Part shown: piece after piece, positions 55,415 through 64,000 of the stretch
How the letters are laid out: every line of letters begins with the position of its first letter
Numbering within the stretch: the first letter of the stretch is position 1
Notes under the pieces: generated by a model
Database searches by the model: none
What the model was told of the DNA's origin: nothing
What the model saw: only the letters and a program-made list of their open reading frames with translations
Assembly: GCA_951406725.2 (NCBI GenBank)
Contig: OX597832.1
Location: 42,098,001 to 42,162,000, forward strand
From: Octopus vulgaris
Taxonomy: Eukaryota
DNA length: 64,000 nt
Direction: 5' to 3'
Translations under genes and position numbers: made by a program

Positions 55415-55716
55415 CATCGATGACAATTCAAAACCAACCAAACCTGGGAGATTCCCTCGCTATCCTTCGAGCAATGCCCTTTTCCATTTTGTCTGCTGGT
55501 GCCATGAGAAATGTTGAACTACGATTGAAGAAAGTGGCCTTTACATCTGTATTTCTGGAAGGCCTTCCTTCGTAGAAACATTTGATGTGATGCAACAAAA
55601 TCGGAAAGGAAGATGCAAGAAGCAGAGATCCAATTGGAGAGGAGCAGAGAACAGCATAGAAAAATCGTCGATGGCCTATGCCCCGTAGGGAGAGAAGGGC
55701 TTACGTAAATAAGTAC
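55414..55716 (+). mobile_element. Decayed RTE-type LINE 3' end
   Basis: Resembles an RTE C-terminus (...DGLCP) followed by a TAAGTA-type tail. Confidence 0.4.
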
Positions 55717-56242
55717 CTACGTGCTCAACCAGGATAAATGTGGTTACACGATGTGGATTCGGTTAGAGATCATATTTTCCCCACAGGTTGTATAACCATT
55801 TCATTAATCTCACAAGTTAGGTAGGGCTTACAGAGGCTAAGGGCGTGCTCCTTTCACTTCGACTAAAAGAGAAAAAAAACATGTTTTAAAAAAGTATCCA
55901 TTTTCATATTACAATTTCTATATTTTTTTCGTAAATTAAAGAAATAATTGATTTCATTGAAGTTATCTTCCTTGTTTTTAAAATTTAAACACCCTTGAGG
56001 AAGTTTTTATTTACTAATTGCAAGGCTAATCTCAGTTAGTCGATTTAAAAAAAAAAGTTATGATAACTAAAACCATGCAGTGTATCGATAAGGGAAAGTA
56101 CTCTGTATAAACTAGAGTAAAGCAATTTCCCTTGCATACAAGTAAGTGAAACAACTTTTTCTTTCCGAAACAGAGTTACTTCCCATCGTAATTTAGTTTT
56201 TTTTATTTATTTATATATTCTTAATATTTAATTTAAATAAGG

Positions 56243-56847
56243 TGACGAGCTGGCAGAAACGTTAGCACGTCGGGGGAAATGCGTAGCCGTATTTCGTCTG
56301 CCGTTACGTTCTGAGTTCAAATTCCGCTGAGGTCGACTTTGCCTTTCATCCTTTCGGGGTTGATAAATTAAGTACCACTTACGCACTGGGGCCGATATAA
56401 TCGACTTAATCCGTTTGTCTGTCCTTGTTTGTCCTCTCTGTGTTTAGCCCCTTGTGGGTAGTAAAGAAATAGGTATTTCGTCTATCTTTACGTTCTGAGT
56501 TCAAATTCCGCCGAGATCGACTTTGCCTTTCATCCTTTCGGGGTCGATTAAATAAGTACCAGTTACGCACTGGGGTCGATATAATCGACTTAATCCGTTT
56601 GTCTGTCCTTTCGACCCCCGAAAGGATGAAAGGCAAAGTCGACCTCGGCGGAATTTGAACTCAGAACGTAAAGACAGACGAAATACCTATTTCTTTACTA
56701 CCCATAAGGGTCTAAACACAGACAGGACAAACAAGGATAGACTGATTGAGTCGTTTACATCGACCTCAGTGCGTAACTGGTACTTAATTTATCGACCCCG
56801 AAAGGATGAAAGGCAAAGTCGACATCAGCGGAATTTGAACTCAGAAC
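56243..56847. mobile_element. SINE family B cluster, tandem plus inverted
   Basis: Plus copies 56243-56610, then minus copies 56611-56847. Confidence 0.85.
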
Positions 56848-57012
56848 TAGCATATATCTATATTATTATTATTAATCGGCAGAGAAGGCGGCAAACTGGC
56901 AGAATCGTTAGCACACCGGGCAAAATATTTTCGACATATTATCGCTATGGGCTCCGTGTGGGCAGTCATCTAAAAGTTTTTATGCATCTTGATGCTGACA
57001 TAAGTTCCTTAC

Positions 57013-57095
57013 TTTTCCTGATGAGAAGGCGGCATAATGCACCCCTTATTCCTTCGAAATTAGGAATATGCAGCCTTCGAAACATATGTCGAAAA
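57013..57095 (+). ncRNA. Type I hammerhead ribozyme motif with extended stem II
   Basis: TTTTC-CTGATGA-GAAGGC...GCCTTC-GAAA-CATATG-TC-GAAAA: 5-bp stem I, intact core, 6-bp stem II extended by GCATA/TATGC, self-complementary stem III ACATATGT, GUC cut after 57090. Confidence 0.88.
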
Positions 57096-57302
57096 TAAAA
57101 TAAAGGAATTTTGTTAATTCGTCGTTCAACTCCATTCTTTCATTTATTTGTATTTAAAAAAACACACAAATTTCCACACGATAGCACGTGATCTCTGCCC
57201 TAGGCATGTAGCTTCAACCGTGTTTTTCTGACGTGAATTTGCTACCCAGGTATCGGTTAAACGAATTATCCATAATAAGATAATTCATTCAACTACTCAA
57301 TT

Positions 57303-57357
<55 letters not shown>

Positions 57358-57484
57358 TATATGCATTTTTGCTGAGTTTTTTCTTGAGAACACATTCTTC
57401 GTGGAAAATAGCGATTTTGACGTCTATATCTAGCATATTGACTGTCCACTTTTAGTGGTCAGTCCTTTAAATTTTGTATATATG

Positions 57485-57515
<31 letters not shown>

Positions 57516-57690
57516 CAATAATAATAAAGGGTAAAATTAATTAATTAATTAGTAATTAATAACTTTACCAAGCAGTGTTCAATATGTTAAAAGGAACATT
57601 TACGGTAAACTTAAACATTACTTTATATAATTAGGGTTCAGCAACAAAATTTGCTTTGCCACACATACACACACACACACACATATATAT

Positions 57691-57869
57691 TGGGAGAATT
57701 TACACAAAAAATTCAAAAACAAAACAAAGGACGAAGACAGGTGGTGTAGACAACAAACAGATGTATTAGTTTAACGCTCACAAAGTGAAAAAGTCTGCGC
57801 TCTTCCACAGAAAGAAACGGGGAGAGAAAATAAAGAATGTGTCGTGGCTAGCGATCTATCATGGCGACT
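57691..57869 (-). mobile_element. Second copy of the 3851-4044 family (HHR region deleted)
   Basis: Reverse complement shares AGTCGCCATGAT...TAGCCAC and CTAATACATCTGTTTGTT...CACC..TCTTCGTC. Confidence 0.6.
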
Positions 57870-57882
57870 CATACATATATAC

Positions 57883-57915
<33 letters not shown>

Positions 57916-58269
57916 TGTATGTATGTATGTATGTATGTATGTATGTATGTATGTATGTACGTAAATATGTGTGCGTAATAGAAATTGTGCTGATTTTTTA
58001 ATCAAAATATCAATTGAAAATAAGAAACATGTTTTTATGCAATCATATAAACATGTCTACATGTATGAACACACTCTTTCTTTTGCCTTTTACTTGTTTC
58101 AGTCATTAGAAGGCGGTCATACTGAAGAATTTTAGAAGAATCCACCCCAGTACTTTATTTTATTTTAAACCTGAAACTTATTCTATTGATCCTTTTTGCC
58201 GAACTGTTAAGTTACGGGGACGTAAACACACCAAACTGGTTGTGAAGCGCTAGTGATGGAAGCTGTTCC

Positions 58270-58790
58270 TTCTGGAAACTGTTGAGACGTGTACCCAAGC
58301 GAATACCCTCCATCAGGCATCTACCACGCTCTGATCGCCTTGCATCCCTGGGTATAAATTCATTGAAGTTCCAACGTCTGGCAACTGGCTTGGTAAACAC
58401 CCACAAAATTATTAACCATTGTGTCAACAACCACTTTGAGCAACTTTTTGAGCTCCATGTGTCTAACACATGTGGGAATACCTACAAAGTCAGCAAACAG
58501 CACAGCTCCCATGACTTTCGGAAACAGTTTTTCACATTCAGAGTTGCTGAAGCGTGGAACAAACTACCTGCATCAGTTGTTAGTTGCCGAGACATTGCAT
58601 CCTTTAAAACTTCCATGCTTCCTGAAACTCACCAACACTACACCTGATATACACCCTCCATATGCATGTACACATGTATATCATGACTCTTACACTGTTC
58701 ACTTGCCTGACTTTTGTACATAAATCTATGTACTGTACATGAACCTTTGATGAGTTGTAGTGCACCTGAGCACTATATACAATAATTTCA
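58270..58790 (+). mobile_element. CR1-type LINE 3' fragment
   Basis: DRLASLGINSL..QRL...RKQFFTFRVAEAWNKLPASVV...SFK, a typical CR1 C-terminal motif. Confidence 0.8.
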
Positions 58791-58807
58791 GTATATTATT
58801 ATTATTA

Positions 58808-58841
<34 letters not shown>

Positions 58842-59372
58842 GAGTGAGAGAGCAGTGCATGCCATCAAAGTGACACTGGGGTAAAATATACGAAGCCTAG
58901 TATACCCATCATGACTACCCGTCTGATAAGGGTACACCAGACACATGCATCACGACCATATGTGCATGACATGGTTATCTCATATCAAGATAAACAGCAC
59001 ATGACCTTGCAGGTGGGGGCCCAGTTAGAATTTTCTTCTGGTCGAGTTGTCCATCCCGCTCAAAAGGTTCCTGAATAAGGGTTGTTTAAGAATCTTGAAC
59101 GAAACACCCATGTTTCCATAGGTGAATTATCCAAACCTCCAAGAATTCCTTTCAACACACGACTATGATGCTCCCCCACTACTTCTGCTCGTGATCAGAG
59201 ATGCACAAAGTGTCAGCCACTAAGGAACTTGGTCAACTGGTTAAGGCCAAACAACTGACAAGCAAATCTGTGGTATTGAGCAGAATATTTTTGTAAGCCC
59301 ATCTTTCATACCAAGACAAAACAATGTACATGATAACACTTCCAATAAGTTAATATCAGAAACCATGAGAGC
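58842..59372. mobile_element. Interspersed-repeat-like insert inside a (TTA)n tract
   Basis: A 530-bp complex sequence flanked on both sides by pure (TTA)n. The pattern suggests a TAA-targeting retroelement (Dong/R4-like); this is inference only. Confidence 0.45.
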
Positions 59373-59456
<84 letters not shown>

Positions 59457-60273
59457 ACACAGATACAAGGACACACACACACACACACACACGACAATAT
59501 ACACTGTTACTCACAAACATACACAGACATGGATTGTAGACTTAAATCTGTCATTCGGTTTAACATCACCACCTCGTCCTTGGGGCCATTTTTAGCCCCA
59601 AACGGACATACATACACTCATTTTATACATATACTTTGGTGTCATACACGTTTATCGTATTCCAGTTTTCTAATTTTTTAATTCCTCAATCGGTCACCCT
59701 TTACACATGGATGAATATATAAAAGCGCGTTCACACTTACATTTATATACATATAAACACACATATTTATTTATATGTATATATACACAAATATATATAC
59801 ATATATCTTATATATTCATTTTTATTAAATGTTCTTTGGACACAAAACAAATGAAGAAATGCGGCGCGCACATACACACACACACTTATATACACATACA
59901 CACACATTACATCACATCACACATAAATAGTGACACACGCACACACACACACAACATAAACATACTTATTCAGACACGCACACGGTTTTACACACGCACA
60001 GGCACGCACACGCATGAACACACATACACACACACATACACATATAACACACACACACACAATTATACACACGCATATACTTATACATACACACAGAAAA
60101 GTACATATACACACACACACACGCGTACACACACTGATACACACACATACACACACATTTATACACAGATTTCAGCTAAGTTTCGAAATTGTCTGCTTGT
60201 TTTGGCAGACGATAGATTTAGAAAGCGTAGAGGAAGAAGCTCAGTTATGAGAGAGTTGGCGGAGTGGTAAGAG

Positions 60274-60274
<1 letters not shown>

Positions 60275-60314
<40 letters not shown>

Positions 60315-60908
60315 CAAGGAGAAGGAGAGAGAAAGAGAAAGCGAGAGAGAGCGAGAGGTAGAAGGAAAGCGCGAAGACGAAAGAAAAAAGAGTTAAAGAG
60401 AGAGGAGTAGGAAGCGGGAAAGACGTAATGACATTGAGGGAGAAATAGATACATAGAAATAAGGTAGAAGGTTGAAAAGAGAGAGGGGCAGAGAGAGGAT
60501 GCTGTGGACACGGAGTGAGACAGAGGACACAGTGGACTGGGCGAGAGAGGGAGAGGGAGGGAGAGATAAGAGTGAGAGAGAGAGAGATAAGAGTGAGAGA
60601 GAGGAGGGAGAGATAAGCGTGAGAGAGAGAGGGGGATAGATAAGAGTGAGAGAGAGATATGAGTGAGAGCGTAGTAGAGAGAAAGAAAGAGGGAATCAGT
60701 GTGAATGAATTAAGGAGAGGAGTTGAGGAAAAGGAAGTTGAGAGAATGTGTGTGTGTGTATATGTGTGTGTGCGAGAGGGAATGAGAGAGAGAGAGAGAG
60801 AAAGAGAAATAGAGAGGGAGAGATAAGAATGAGAGAGAGAGACGGAGAGATAAGAGTGAGAGAGGGAGGAAGAGAAAGAGTGAGAGAGAGACAGAGGGAG
60901 AGAGAGAG
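60275..60908. repeat. GA-rich low-complexity tract
   Basis: (GA)n and GAGATAAGAGT units; (CT)n and (CTAT)n follow at 61280-61485. Confidence 0.9.
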
Positions 60909-61412
60909 TCCTTACATAAGTTTAGTCTTTTCCCAGAGATCGTCTGCTAAGGGAGGCAGACGATAGATTTTGGCGGAAGACTTTCAAAGAAAAAAAAACA
61001 ATAATAGCCAAAATGTCCCAGTTTCTCGAATTCAAAAGAACACGGAATTGTATGAGTTTCGTCCCTTCTGGCTGCACCGAAAGAACGGGTGACCTTGGTT
61101 CGGCAAACTGGAACTTTTCTTCCGTATATTTACATAATAATATACAACAGCAGAAGGAAACACGGTCAGTATGGCGATGTTTATATTTCTTTTCTCACTC
61201 ATATTCAAACAATCACGCACCAATCAATCAATCAATCAATCAATTAATCAATCATTCAATCAACTAATCATTCACTCTGTCTTTCTCTCTCTCTCTCTCT
61301 CTCCCTCTATCTATCTATCTCTCTCCCTATCTCTCTCTCTCTCTCTCTCTCTCCCTCCCTCTCTCTCTCTTTCTTTCTTTCTTTCTCTCTCTTCTCCCTC
61401 TCTCTCTCTCTG

Positions 61413-61486
<74 letters not shown>

Positions 61487-61764
61487 GATCGATCGATTTG
61501 TGATGAACATATTGATATTTTGGTAAATAATCGTTGCTAGAAGTTTCGTGAATCGCAAGTCCCAATGGTCGAGTGTTCAGCCCTTTTGACCTCAGATGAC
61601 CGTGAGATGTGAGGTGAGTTGTGACTTTCATGCCTTCACCAAGGACATTAGGTGATTGAATAAGTGATGTAGATTATGTACTGGGTGTTGATGAACCGTG
61701 CGTGTGTGTGTATATATATACATACACACACACACATATACATACATATATATATATATGTATG

Positions 61765-61825
<61 letters not shown>

Positions 61826-61974
61826 ATATATATATGTATATATTTATAAATACACACATATATATATACATACATATATATATATCTATATACATATGTG
61901 GATATATATATTCTATATATATATTTAGATACATATATATGTAGATGCAGATACACACATACAAGCATACATAC

Positions 61975-62056
<82 letters not shown>

Positions 62057-62193
62057 ATCTATATATATATATATGAGCGTGTGCGTGTGTTTGTATATAT
62101 ATTAAAGTACATATATATAGATAGATATGCTATTTCCAGTAAATATTGGTGCATTGTTGTACCACTATTCTATATATATATGTGTGTGTGTAT

Positions 62194-62224
<31 letters not shown>

Positions 62225-62507
62225 CAGGCACACACATAAACACGCGCGCGCGCACACGCACACACAAATACAAAGGCTTTGGGGAGGATTTCTCTGGGTA
62301 CCTTTTCCCAAAAATCTGCAGTATATCCGTGGATCTTCTGAGATTTCAGGAAAATCCCACGACAAAGTGTACGAGATAACACCACGCTCTCATAGGCCTT
62401 ATGTGTGTGTGTAGATGTTTGTGTGCATTTTGTATGTGGTGGGTGTGTATATGTGTGTCAGTGCCTGTAATTATATACCATACATATGTATGCATATATA
62501 TGTATAT

Positions 62508-62538
<31 letters not shown>

Positions 62539-62570
62539 CATATATACATATATATATATACATATGTATG

Positions 62571-62667
<97 letters not shown>

Positions 62668-62672
62668 GTATG

Positions 62673-62727
<55 letters not shown>

Positions 62728-62753
62728 CATATATACATATGTATGTATGCATA

Positions 62754-62806
<53 letters not shown>

Positions 62807-62809
62807 ATA

Positions 62810-62847
<38 letters not shown>

Positions 62848-62869
62848 CATACATATGTATATATATGTA

Positions 62870-62919
<50 letters not shown>

Positions 62920-62949
62920 TACATACATAATGTATATATGTGTATATAT

Positions 62950-62983
<34 letters not shown>

Positions 62984-63011
62984 CATATATATACATATGT
63001 ATGTATGCATA

Positions 63012-63070
<59 letters not shown>

Positions 63071-63548
63071 GTGAGTGTATATATAAGTATTTCTTCCTCT
63101 CTTTCTTTCTCATCCTCTTTTTATCCATATGTATTATACACACACACACATGCAGCTAATTCCGTTGCATCAACAAACTTATACACACCTACACACTCAT
63201 ATATATATATATACATACGAACATATATATATATATATATGTGTAGGTATATATATGTAACTATGTACATGTGTATATATGTGCATGTGTGTATGTGTGT
63301 GGAGTCACACTAGCAATGTTTGCTGCGGTTTGTTTGTCCTTACGTGCAGTGCTGTTAATATTTTGTTGACATTCGTTTTTCTGTGTATATATTTGTGTAT
63401 ATCTGTATGTATGCGTATGTATTGTGTTTGCTTGTTTGTGTGTGTGTGTGTGTGTGTGTGTTTGTAACTTTGTGTGTGGTTATGGGTGCGTGTGTATATC
63501 GATGTGTGCTTATTTGTCTGCGTGTGTTAGTCTATTTTTGTTATTGTT

Positions 63549-63624
<76 letters not shown>

Positions 63625-63625
<1 letters not shown>

Positions 63626-63865
63626 TTTATTTTAAGCAGCAGAAAATTCAACAAAATCTGTTACTCTGAGTTTCTCGTTGCCGTTCATCAGACAGTTTTT
63701 GCTAGAATGCATTCTAGCAAAAACTGTCTGATGAACGGCAACGAGAAACTCAGAGTAACAGATTTTGTTGAATTTTCTGCTGCTTAAAATAAAGCATATT
63801 ACTCTACCACTGGTATTTGAGTACTCTTTTTTCCACCTTGTTTCACATTTATGTGTTTACTCCGG
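63625..63865. mobile_element. PLE-derived non-autonomous element with 170-bp perfect palindrome and an HHR motif on each arm
   Basis: 63625-63709 is the exact reverse complement of 63710-63794. Each arm has CTGT-CTGATGA-ACG(GCAA)CGA-GAAA-CTCAGAG-TA-ACAG (+ 63724-63761; - 63658-63695). Flanked by (TA)n. Confidence 0.8.
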
Positions 63866-63885
63866 TATATATATATATATATATA

Positions 63886-64000
63886 GGCGCAGGAGTGGCT
63901 GTGTGGTAAGTAGCTTGCTTACCAACCACATGGTTCCGGGTTCAGTCCCACTGCGTGGCATCTTGGGCAAGTGTCTTCTGCTATAGCCTCGGGCCGACCA
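63886..64000 (+). mobile_element. SINE family A, cut by window end
   Basis: Same head. Older heads also at about 2430-2585, 3185-3320 and 5590-5745. Confidence 0.85.

Noticed and set aside
61541-61619. Possible exon ending GAG|GTGAGT
   Set aside because: Weak acceptor and no identifiable coding similarity.

Overview
This is AT-rich, microsatellite-dense animal genomic DNA. The SINE, LINE and microsatellite make-up resembles Octopus (coleoid cephalopod); that assignment is inference. Two host genes are supported, arranged head-to-head about 15 kb apart. One is the first coding exon of AMMECR1 (minus strand, 33660-33871; I found no further exons in the window). The other is a complete WDR53-like CDS (plus strand; ATG-only coding exon 48675-48677 spliced to 49830-50948). 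The rest is mostly repeats: several tRNA-headed SINE families, RTE- and CR1-type LINE fragments, a decayed Penelope-like (PLE) RT, piggyBac-type and 8-bp-TSD MITEs, a Helitron-like element and long simple repeats. Nearly all long ORFs in the track are microsatellite artefacts. The most notable signal is a set of type I hammerhead-ribozyme (HHR) motifs in at least four distinct small repeat families. It includes intact cores at 40644-40678 and 57013-57095, a perfect 170-bp palindrome carrying an HHR on each strand (63625-63794), and a tRNA-headed HHR element in inverted arrangement (7603-8030). Together these point to a PLE-driven retrozyme-like ecosystem. All calls were made by eye; no searches or folding programs were run.
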